Part shown: in pieces, positions 42,268 to 51,916 of the stretch | Numbering within the stretch: the stretch's first letter is position 1 | Layout: each line of letters begins with the position of its first letter | Source of the DNA: Candidatus Eiseniibacteriota bacterium | GTDB taxonomy: Bacteria > Eisenbacteria > RBG-16-71-46 > CAVPCR01 | Reading direction: 5' to 3' | Assembly: GCA_963823555.1 (NCBI GenBank) | Contig: CAWGMA010000004.1 | Location: 640,001 to 704,000 of the forward strand | DNA length: 64,000 nucleotides | Program-made: the position numbers and the translations under genes | Notes under the pieces: generated by a model | The model's input: only the letters and a program-made list of their open reading frames with translations | Told to the model about the DNA's origin: nothing | Databases searched by the model: none

Positions 42268-43869
42268 ATGTCGAACGGCAACCGAACCCTCTCCCTCTGC
42301 TTCCTCCTGGCGCTCATGGCCTGGGGCGGCGCCGCCTCCGCGCAGTGCATGCTCGCCAACCCGAGCTTCGAGATCCCCGGCACCGGCGGCATGCGCTTCG
42401 GCGGGTGGAACCAGTTCGGATCCGTGGGCTCGTCCGCCGATGCCACGCACGGCGCGGTCGCGGCCCGGGTGTCCGGCCCCAATCAGGGCGGCTGGGATGT
42501 CTCGGGGTTCTGGCAGCGCCTGGATTCGGCTCCCGGCGAGCGGTGGACCGCTTCGGTCAAGGCCTGGCACACGCCGACCCGCCCGCTCACCGGGCAGTCG
42601 GTGGCGATCCTCAACATCGAGTGGAGAAGCTCGAGCGGCGCCCTGATCGACTACGAGTCCCACGCGGTGGCCAGCGCCTCGACCCCCCTCGACGAGATCC
42701 AGCTCTTCACGGTGGAGAGCGGGCCGGCGCCCGCGGGCACCGCCGCCGCGCACTTCCTTCTCGGCGTCCTGCAGAGCCCCACCGATCCAGTGCCGGATGT
42801 CTACTACGACGAGGCCACCTTCGACAATCTGGGTCCTCCCACGCTCGATGAGAAGCAGTGGTTCGACTTTCCCGGCGGGCGGACCGTCGACTTCAGCGGT
42901 CGCATCTGGCGCGTGAAGGGGCCCGGCTACTACGGCCCGGGCCCGAACCTCTTCAGCGACGCGCCGAGCTCGGTCTGGGTGGACGTGGAAGGCAGGTTGC
43001 ACTTGACGATCCGGCGCATCGCCAGCTCCTGGTACAGCACGGAGGTGGCTCTCGAGGAAGCGCTGGGCTACGGCGACTACATCTTCACGACCCGCGGGCG
43101 GCTCGATGAGCTCCATCCCAATGTCGTCCTCGGCCTCTTCCTGTGGCAATACGGGGCGTGCTACGACCCGGCCTATCTGTGGTGGAACCCCCACAACGAG
43201 ATCGACGTGGAGTTCAGCCGGTGGGGGCAGCCGGGGATCGATGGGGCGCAGTTCGTCGCCCAGCCCTTCGACTACCCGGGGAACATCAACCGCTTCAGCG
43301 TCACATTCAGCGCCGACGAGCTCACGAGCCACGCGTTCAACTGGCTCCCCGATCGGGTCGAGTACCGGAGCTGGCGCGGCGGTCCCGGAGACGAATCGCC
43401 CACGAGCCTGATCCACGCCTGGACGTATCGCGGTCCGCACATCCCGCGACCGGAGCAGCCGCGGGTGCACATGAACCTCTGGCAGTTCGAGGCCCCGCCG
43501 AGCACCGATCAGGAAGTCGTGATCGACGAATTCACCTTCACCCCGGCGGGCAGTCCCAGCGGTCTTGCCGATGTGGAGCCGGCGCCTGCCGCCGCGGTCG
43601 CTCTCCACCCGGCGCGACCGAATCCGTTCAATCCCTCGACAACGATCAGCTACAGCGTGGCGCACTCCGCGCACGCGGAGCTCGTGATCTACGATGTCAG
43701 GGGGAGGCTCGTGCGCGCGCTCTGGCGCGGAACGGTCCCGGCGGGGCGGCACGAAGTGATCTGGGATGGCCGGGATGACTCGGGGGCCCGGGCCGCATCC
43801 GGGGTCTACGCTTGTCAGCTTCGCGTCGGCACGGTCGAGGAGACGAGACAGCTCGTCCTCTTGAAGTAA
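42268..43869 (+). CDS. Secreted CBM-like + GH16-like glycoside hydrolase + FlgD-Ig tail
   Basis: Signal peptide ending ASA; LANPSFE beta-sandwich; LGYGDY; NEIDVEFSRWG (ExDxE); tail PNPFNP...IYDVRGRLVR...WDGRD...SGVY. Confidence 0.75.
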   Translation: MSNGNRTLSLCFLLALMAWGGAASAQCMLANPSFEIPGTGGMRFGGWNQFGSVGSSADATHGAVAARVSGPNQGGWDVSGFWQRLDSAPGERWTASVKAWHTPTRPLTGQSVAILNIEWRSSSGALIDYESHAVASASTPLDEIQLFTVESGPAPAGTAAAHFLLGVLQSPTDPVPDVYYDEATFDNLGPPTLDEKQWFDFPGGRTVDFSGRIWRVKGPGYYGPGPNLFSDAPSSVWVDVEGRLHLTIRRIASSWYSTEVALEEALGYGDYIFTTRGRLDELHPNVVLGLFLWQYGACYDPAYLWWNPHNEIDVEFSRWGQPGIDGAQFVAQPFDYPGNINRFSVTFSADELTSHAFNWLPDRVEYRSWRGGPGDESPTSLIHAWTYRGPHIPRPEQPRVHMNLWQFEAPPSTDQEVVIDEFTFTPAGSPSGLADVEPAPAAAVALHPARPNPFNPSTTISYSVAHSAHAELVIYDVRGRLVRALWRGTVPAGRHEVIWDGRDDSGARAASGVYACQLRVGTVEETRQLVLLK

Positions 43870-43890
43870 GAACCTGGCACCCGGCCGCCC

Positions 43891-46800
43891 TCAGAAGCGA
43901 CACAGCGCGTCGTCGGGCACGGTGACCTCGATCTGCGCGATGCCCCCACACCTCGCGAGGAGCGCCTGGCTGGTCTCTGGATCGAGCTCGTCGCCGGCGA
44001 CTTCGCGGATCTCCCCATCGCTGCCGGTGATGCGGATCGCCGCGACGTTACGGCTCCGCCTGTAGATGATGGGTACCTGGCAGAAGGTGAAGGCGAGCCC
44101 ATCCGCCGGCACCTCGATCGAGATCGGATGCCCCTCGAGGTCATGGAACCGGGCGCGCCCGCCCTCCCGCCGGAACTCGCTTGCCCGGAGCAGCACCGGC
44201 TGAAAGCTCACCACGCCATCCGCTGCGCGCACGCCCAGCTCCCCGAATCGGGTCAGGATCTCCTCCTTGACCTGTCCCGTCATGCCCGGTTGCTGCGCCC
44301 CGGCGTGCGCGGGGGTATGGGAGTAGGGGTCGGTGGGGAAGGCGCCGTATTCGCCGACGCGTCTTCTCGAAGCCGAGGCCGGAGCGGATGCGATAGTAGA
44401 AGCCGACCAGCGCCTCCTGACGTCGCGCTCGACTCCTCCTCGTGGATCGGCCCGCAGGGCTACCTCCTGCACCGCGAGCAGGAGCTTCGCCACCATGTGC
44501 CAGTAGATGCAGCCCAGGCCTTCGTAGCCGTACATGGTGCCCGAGCGGCCGGTGAAGGACCGGTGATCGAAGACCGCCTCGAAGACATCGAGGACGGCCT
44601 GGCGATCCCGCGTCACCGCCAGCGCCCAGCGCTCCTCCTCGGCGAGCCGATCCAGGGCTGCGGCGACATCGAGCGCATTGCGGAAATCGCTGTTGAAGCG
44701 GTAGATGCCGAGCGGCATCCCGCGCCAGGATCGAGCGCTCTCCCGCCGCGATCAGGTCGCGGAGGAGCGGCACCGCCAGGACGCGCTCCGGCGGAACCAC
44801 GTTCGCGATCGAGGAACTCCGGCAACTCCCGGGCCGGATAGAGGAGGAAGCTCCGCTGGTCCTTCCGGTAGAGCTTGCTCTTGAAGAGGATCGAGAGAAG
44901 ACGTGCCGCCTCCTCCGGGTCCACGACGCCGGAGCTCAACGCCGCCACCTGACCTTCGAGCATCTCGTAGAGCGGGCGGATGCCGGCCGCCGACCCATCG
45001 GGGGCCATCACCAGCAGGTTGTAGGCGTGGTAGAGCCCGTCGGCGCGCCGATTGGCGCGGATCGCATGGTCGATGAAGGCGAGAGCATGCGCGAGGAGCT
45101 CCTCGATCTCCGCCGTTTCCAGCTCCTCCTTGCCCGAGAAACCGCTCCGGTACACCGTCTCCCGATAGGCGGAGAACGCCTCGCCCAGGGCGTCCAGCAC
45201 CTGCTTCCGATCGCGGTCTTCGAGCGCCGCTGAACCGAGGAGCGGGCGGCTCTCCGCCATGATCACGCCGAGTCGCCGCAACCACGCCGCGACCTCGGTC
45301 GAGATCGCGACCGTGTCGCCGTCGAGATCCGCGAGAAGCTCGGCCACGAAGCGGAGATAGCGCCGCAGGTAGCACAGGGTCACCACCGAGAGTCCATGCC
45401 CGACCAGCGCATTGTTGGCGTCGTTCCACTCGGGTCGCTGGGTGTTCATCCAGATGCCGCCGTCGGGAACGAGGTTCGACAGCTTCGAGAGCGCCGGGAG
45501 GAGGAGCTTCTCGACGAGGTTGACGCGGTAGATCGTGCCGTCCCGATCGGGAAGGAGCTTGCCATCGGCGCCGATGGCGCGGACACGCTCCTCGATCCGC
45601 GCCGCCAGCTCCGTGTCGAAGACGATGGTGTGGTGCGGATCGGCGAGGATCTCCCGGTACGGCTTCAATCGGTAGGGAACATCGGCAAAGGAGAAGATCT
45701 CGCGCGTGAGGAGGCCTTCGAGCGCGCCGGGGGAGACCCGCACCAGCGCCTCGATCAGCTTGAGCAGGTAGATGATCTGATGGTCGCCCCAGTATCCGAT
45801 GTTGCTCCACGGGTCGTCCGGATCGACGGTCTCCCAGTCCATCCCGTCGGAGGTGACCCGATAGGGATTGAAGCCATCGATCGTCGACATGTTGACGAAC
45901 TTGGTGACGAAGCTCGGGAGGAACATCGGGAAACTGAGGCTCAGGGCTTCCCAGTTCTGGAAGATGTCACGCCAGTTGCCCTCGTAGTAGGAGCGCGCGC
46001 GTGCCGTCCTCGTTCTTGACCCGGATCTCGAACCGGTTCCAGGGACGGCTGGGGTCGCCATGGCGCCGTCCGAAGTAGAGCGGCAGGTACTCCCGGCTCA
46101 GTCGTTCGAGATCCGAGTCCCCCGTGCTGTCGGCCGCGCGGAGGAGATCGGCCAGCGCGATCTCCGCGGGGAGCGAAGCGACGAGAGCCTGATGGCGGTC
46201 CGCCACCGACCGCTGGCGCCGGCGCAGGAACCGGAGGAAATCCGCCGTCGGGATCCGGTCGTTGTCGGCGAACACCCCGCCTCGCATGTTGTTGAAGAGA
46301 ACGTTGGCGAAGTGATGGGCACTCGCCTCGCGATGGGCCGTGAACTCGAGCCCGTCGGCGCTGGCGACGATCCGGCACAGGTTGTCGGAGGCCTGGTCGA
46401 GACTGTTCTCGATCGCCTCGTCGAGGCGGTGTTGGGTGAGGAGCCGGGCGCGAAGCGCCGCCAGCTCGATGTGGTCCGAGACCCGCATCGGCGACGAGGT
46501 GCCACCGGGCTCCGGCGCCAGGCTCGAGATCGAGCGCAGCGGTGGCCAGGTAGTTGCCCCGCCTCCCGGTCAGGAGGTTCTCGGAGCGGAGGCGCTCGCC
46601 GCGGCGAAAGGCCTCGACCGCGTCGGCCGAGACGAGGATGGCGGCGTCGTCGAGCCCGGCACACCAGACCGCGTTCGCCCGGAGCTCCTCCGAGGCCTCG
46701 GCTCGATCCACGATGCGCGACGTGAGGGAGAAGATCCCGAGTCCGGTCTCCAGGTCGCAGTCCACCCGCTTGTAGGCGTCGACGAGACTGCTCGATCCCT

Positions 46801-47363
46801 GCTGCAGGGCGAGCGGCACGCCGTGGGGCATCACATTGCGGAGGCCGTCGAGGAGGGAGACTCGAGCCGGTCGCGAGTCGAGATTCTCGATCATCGCCGT
46901 CCGCACGAGCCCGAAGGCGTCACATGCCGACCAGCGGTAGCGGAAGGCGAGCCGGAGGTCGTGGTTGACCTCCTCGAAGACGAGTCGATTGCCGAGCGTG
47001 TTCTTGTAGAGATTCCGCTCGACGCTGAAATCGCCCCCGCAGGTGTCGGCGAAGGGTTGCCAGAGGGTGGTCGTGCGCTGGTCGCGGCGGACCCGGAACA
47101 GGGTGATCGGCCCGGTGTGGTGGTGAGCGTGGTGGAGCTTGTCGACCGTCTCGTAGGGGAAGAGGCACCCATCCGGCATCGATCCGGCCTGCGGTCAGGC
47201 CGCCGCCGGAGGAGATGAACATCCACAGATCGGTATCGCTGGGGATGCTCATCAGGAAGGAGGGCATCAGGTGATAGGAGGAGATCCGATAGGACTCCTC
47301 GCCATCCACCGTCGTGAACTCGCCGGTTGGTTCGGAGATGCCGCTGACTACGGTCGTCGCCAT
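43891..47363 (-). CDS. Probable GH149 beta-1,3-glucan phosphorylase (~1150 aa, several apparent frameshifts)
   Basis: LWMFISSGGGLTAGR, HFANVLFNNMRGG, EYLPLYFGRRHGDPSRPWN, YEGNWRDIFQNWEAL, IGYWGDHQIIYL, IWMNTQRPEWNDANNAL, YEMLEGQVA, YEGLGCIYWHM, AFPTDPYSHTP...QQPGMTGQVKE. Confidence 0.75.
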
Positions 47364-47540
47364 AGCTGCTCGAGTTCCGGCGAGTCGTCGCGGATCATCA
47401 TCGCGAGGGCACGAGGGTCCCACCGCGCCGCGACATCGCGCCCGATACGAGCTGCGCCTCAGGCCGACTGAGGCGCAGCTTCTCGTGTCCGCGATTCTCG
47501 CGCCGGCCTCCGGCGGCCAGGGAGCCGCCGGCCGGCGTCG

Positions 47541-48473
47541 TCACTTGATCAACGTCATGCTGCGCGATGACCGGCCGAGCGGCGTCTCGAGCACGTAGTG
47601 GTAGACGCCGGCAGCAGCCGGAGAGCCGTTGGCCATCTTGCCGTTCCAGGTCGCCTGATGGGGACCGGCATCGAGCTGGCCCTCGAGCAACGTGATGACG
47701 AGGCGGCCGCCAACGTCGTAGATGCTGAGATCCACCGCGCTCTGCTCCGTGAGGTCGAAGCGAATGAGCGTGGCCGGATTGAAGGGATTCGGCACGTTCG
47801 GGTGCAGGACGAGCGACTGGGGCGCCGGCGCCGGAGCGTCGGACACGCCGATCACGAGTTCCTGCAACGAGGCGTCGTCCCAGAAGATCGATCCGCTCTG
47901 GGCGCCGTCGATGTCGACCTTGACGATGACGGCGTGGACCGTGGCCGTGTTGGGCGGCGCCGGAGCCGTGCCGCAACCGAGCAGCGTCCACTCATCCTGC
48001 GGCGTGGTGGCATCGATCAGGTTCGACTCGAAGATGTCGACGCCGAACAGGCCGCCGGCAGCCAGCTGGCCGCTCGCGTCCCGGAACTCGATCTTGTAGA
48101 CGCCGAAGTCGACATCATCGATCGGGTCGGTGCTCGAGTTCATGGCCCAGACCTCGCCGTTCCAGGTCTCGCCGGGTTCGGCAGGCAGTGCTTGGGTGCC
48201 GCCCGAGCCGCCCGCGGGAACGAAGGGGCCGAAGGTCTTCAAGCACTGCGCTCCGGAGCGGAACAGGGTGGCCGTCGTGAAGACGTTGTTGAAGGTGTCC
48301 CAGTCGGCGGTGCCGGGCACATCGCCGCCCGAGGCATCCGGCGCCTCGAAACCGGGATTCAAGAGCTGGGCGGATGCCTCTCCGCCCACTCCCACGAGGA
48401 ATAGAGTCCCTGCGACCATGACGCAGCCCCAGACCAGGGTCCTTGTGAAGGACATGGCGCGCTCTCCTTTCAT
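47541..48473 (-). CDS. Secreted CBM-like beta-sandwich protein with FlgD-Ig tail
   Basis: Signal peptide ending ASA; QLLNPGFE...IFWDDASL domain; tail PNPFNP...IYDVGGRLV...WNGK...GVYHY. Confidence 0.8.
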   Translation of the reverse strand: MKGERAMSFTRTLVWGCVMVAGTLFLVGVGGEASAQLLNPGFEAPDASGGDVPGTADWDTFNNVFTTATLFRSGAQCLKTFGPFVPAGGSGGTQALPAEPGETWNGEVWAMNSSTDPIDDVDFGVYKIEFRDASGQLAAGGLFGVDIFESNLIDATTPQDEWTLLGCGTAPAPPNTATVHAVIVKVDIDGAQSGSIFWDDASLQELVIGVSDAPAPAPQSLVLHPNVPNPFNPATLIRFDLTEQSAVDLSIYDVGGRLVITLLEGQLDAGPHQATWNGKMANGSPAAAGVYHYVLETPLGRSSRSMTLIK

Positions 48474-48587
48474 GCCTCCGGTCGCGACATCCCGACGCCG
48501 GCGCTGCTGCTCGCGCCGGGCCCCAGGGTAGCCCCCGGAGGATCGGGGGCACCCTGGATGGATTCGAAACCGGCTAGGGGCGATCGA

Positions 48588-49239
48588 CTAGAACAGGCTC
48601 TTGATCTGACCCCAGGAGCTCGGCTCGACGGGCACCGGGTCATCGATGAACAGCCGGGCGTCGTCCCAGAAGATCGATCCGCCCTGAGCGCCGTCGACGT
48701 CGACCTTGACGATGACGGCCTGGGCATAGGCGGTGTTCGCCGGCGCGGGAGCCGTGCCGACGCCGAGGAGCGTCCAGACGTCCAGCGGCGTGGCGCCGCT
48801 GATCTGATTCGACTCGAAGACGTCGACGCCGAAGATGCCGCCGGCGGCAAGCTGGAAGTTCACATCGAGGAACTCGATCTTGTAGACGCCGAAGTCGACG
48901 TTGTCGATGGGATCGAGGCTCGAGTTGAGCGCGATAGATCTCGCCGACCCAGGTCTGACCGGGCACGGCCGGGAGCGCCTGCACGGCGCCGGAGCCGCCG
49001 CCCGGGGCGAAGGGCCCGAAGGTCTTGAGGGACTGCGATCCGCTGTGGAAGAGAGCCGCGGTGGTGAAGACGTTGTTGAATGAACTCCAGTCGGCCGTAC
49101 CGGGTACGTCACCGCCGGACGCGTCCGGCATCTCGAAGCCGGGGTTGAGGAGCTGGGCGGATGCCGTACCCGCCATTCCCATCACGAGGAGAGACAACAT
49201 GGCTGCGACGCCAACTGAGAAACGGTTGCGCTTGGTCAT
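48588..49239 (-). CDS. Secreted CBM-like protein, close paralogue of 47541..48473, ending in PVEPSSWGQIKSLF (1 apparent frameshift near 48933)
   Basis: ORF 48640..49239 gives the signal peptide and QLLNPGFE...; ORF 48588..49112 gives ALNSSLDPIDNVDFGVYKIEF...IFWDDARL...SWGQIKSLF*. Confidence 0.8.
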
Positions 49240-49352
49240 GGCTCACGACGCCTTTCCGAGTTGAATCCATCTTGGTCGGGCCGTTCCCGTCGCGGCCATC
49301 CGTGGATCATGGGCCGTCCCTGGGGCCGCGAGGATGCCTGCCCGACTTGACC

Positions 49353-49425
49353 TTGACATCCAGGGCTCCATCATACACTATGTTCGCCAGGCGAACAAAG
49401 CTCTTTTGTTCGGGGCGCGAACAAA
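49353..49425 (+). promoter_or_regulatory. Sigma70-type promoter followed by two tandem operator palindromes (putative ROK repressor sites)
   Basis: TTGACA at 49353-58; -10 is TACACT (49374) or CACTAT (49376). Operators are TATGTTCG-ccagg-CGAACAAA (49379-99) and TTTGTTCG-gggcg-CGAACAAA (49405-25). Confidence 0.75.
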
Positions 49426-49467
49426 GATCCAGCCCTGAGGCCCCGCTCAGGGTGCCAGGGAGACCAG

Positions 49468-50490
49468 GTGCGAGCCGACGGCCAAGCCACAGCCCCGCTC
49501 CTCGAGGTGCGCGAGATCCGCAAGGCCTTCACCTCGCACGGGTTCTTGATCCCCAGTGAGAACGACTGTTGCGGCCCGGGACGTGTCGTTCACGAGTGGA
49601 CCGGGGGGAGGCGGTGGCGCTGGTGGGGGAGTCTGGAAGCGGCAAGAGCACGGTGGCCCGGCTGGTCCTCCGGCTCGAGACGGCCCGATGGCGGGGAGAT
49701 CCGGCTCGATGGGGAGGACGTGCTGGCCCGCGAACCGCGCCGGGCCTCGCTCGCGCTACCGGCGGCGGGTGCAGATGGTCTTCCAGGATCCCTTCGGCTC
49801 TCTCAATCCCGTTCACACGGTCGGCCATCATCTGCTGCGGCCGCTCCTGCGCCATCGATCGCGTCGACGCCAGCGGCGGCGCGGGCGCAGGGCCCTCGAG
49901 CTTCTCCGCACCGTCGGGCTCGAGCCGGCGGCGGAGTTCATCGATCGCCACCCCTACGAGCTCTCCGGTGGCCAGCGGCAGCGCGTGGCGATCGCCCGCG
50001 CGCTCGCCGTCGATCCGGACCTGCTCGTGGCCGACGAGCCGACCTCGATGCTCGACGTCTCGATCCGGATGGGAGTCCTGAACCTCCTCGCCGAGCTCAA
50101 GCGAGAACGCAGGCTCGCCATCCTGCTCATCACGCACGATCTCGCGTCGGCCCGCTATCTCGCCGACCGGGTGCTCGTGCTCTATCCGCGGGCGGGTCGT
50201 CGAGGACGGCCCGAGCGCGGCGGTCGTCGCGGCCCCGGCGCATCCCTACACGCGCGCGCTCCTCGCCGCGATCGCTGACGCCGGTGAAGCGGGTGATTCC
50301 GCCGCCGTGCCGGCCGCCGCCGCGGCCGCGACCGGGGAGCTCGACTCGACACGCGGCTGTCCCTTCGTCGCCCGCTGCCCGGAGGTGCTCGACCGCTGCC
50401 GACGCGGTGGATCCGGCGCCGCGATCGGCCGATGACCGGCTCGTGCGCTGTCACCTCTATCCCGAGGACGCGCACGCGGCACGGAGCTGA
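49468..50490 (+). CDS. Opp/Dpp-type ABC ATP-binding subunit, OppF-like (frameshifted)
   Basis: [74 protein letters not shown]...C...VRCHL. Confidence 0.85.
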   Translation: MRADGQATAPLLEVREIRKAFTSHGFLIPSENDCCGPGRVVHEWTGGRRWRWWGSLEAARARWPGWSSGSRRPDGGEIRLDGEDVLAREPRRASLALPAAGADGLPGSLRLSQSRSHGRPSSAAAAPAPSIASTPAAARAQGPRASPHRRARAGGGVHRSPPLRALRWPAAARGDRPRARRRSGPARGRRADLDARRLDPDGSPEPPRRAQARTQARHPAHHARSRVGPLSRRPGARALSAGGSSRTARARRSSRPRRIPTRARSSPRSLTPVKRVIPPPCRPPPRPRPGSSTRHAAVPSSPAARRCSTAADAVDPAPRSADDRLVRCHLYPEDAHAARS

Positions 50491-50496
50491 GCGGCG

Positions 50497-51914
50497 ATGG
50501 GTCGCGTTCGTCCTTCCCGGACGGATTCCTGTGGGGTGTCGCCACCTCGGCGCAGCAGATCGAGGGGGCCGAGCGGGAGGGCGGGCGCGGCGAGTCGATC
50601 TGGGATCGCTTCGCGGCGACTCCCGGCAGCGATCGCCGACGGCTCGGACGCCGAGCGTCGCCTGCGATCACTACCACCGCTGGCGCGGAGGACATCGAGC
50701 TCATGCGCTGGCTCGGCGTGGGCGCCTATCGCTTCTCCATCGCCTGGCCCCGGATCCTGCCCCGCGGGCGCGGTGCCGTCAACGCCGACGGGCCTCGACT
50801 TCTACGACGCGCTCGTCGACGCGCTGCTCGAAGCCGGCATCCGGCCCTTCGTCACCCTCTACCACTGGGATCTGCCGCAGGCGCTCCAGGACGAGGGCGG
50901 CTGGGCCGCGCGCGACACGGTCGACGCTTTCGCCGAGTACACCGATCTGGTGACGCGCGCGGCTCGGCGACCGCGTCGCGCACTGGGTCACGCACAACGA
51001 ACCCTGGTGCGTCGCCACGCTCGGCTACGAGGAAGGGCAGCACGCCCCGGGCTCACCGCGATCCCGCCGAGGCCCTGCGCGTCGCCCACCATCTGCTCGC
51101 TCTCCCACGGCCGGGCGGTCGAAGTCCTGCGGCAGAACGCGCCAGGGAGCCGAGGTCGGCATCGTCCTCAACCTGACGCCCGCCATGCCGGCCTCGCACG
51201 ACCGCGGCCGATCGCGGATGCCGCCCGCCGGTTCGACGGATCCTTCAACCGCTGGTATCTCGATCCGCTCTTCCGCGGGCGCTATCCCGCGGACGTGATC
51301 GCGGATCGCGTCCGGCGGGGCCATCTGGCCGGCCTCGATCTCCCCTTCGTTCACGCCGGGGACCTCGAGACCATCGCGCACGCCGCTCGACTTCCTCGGG
51401 CGTCAACTACTACAGCCGGGTCGTCGTGCGGGCCGGCGACGGACGGCGAGCCGGTCGCCGTTCCGCATGGTGCCCGACGAGGAGCTCACCGACATGGGCT
51501 GGGAGGTCTATCCCGCAGGGTCTCCACGATCTGCTCGTCCGCCTCGATCAGCGAGTACCGGCCGCCGAAGATCTACATCACCGAGAACGGCGCCGCCTAC
51601 GGCGACGCGCCCGACGCCGACGGGCCGCATCGCCGACGCGCGCCGCGTCGACTTCCTGCGCGGCCACCTCGCCGCGGCGCACCGCGCGCATCGCCGCCGG
51701 CGTGCCCGCTCGCCGGCTACTTCGCCTGGTCGCTGCTCGACAACTTCGAGTGGGCGCACGGCTACACCAAGCGCTTCGGCCTCTACTGGGTCGACTTCGC
51801 CACGCAGGAGCGCATCCCCAAGGACAGCGCGTTCTGGTATCGCGACGTCGTGGCCGCGAACGCGGTCACCGACGAGCAGCAATCCCGCTGCAGCAATCCA
51901 CTCGAGGAGGCTAG
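50497..51914 (+). CDS. GH1 beta-glucosidase (many apparent frameshifts)
   Basis: [44 protein letters not shown] (acid/base), IYITENG (nucleophile), [18 protein letters not shown]. Confidence 0.9.
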
Positions 51915-51916
51915 CC

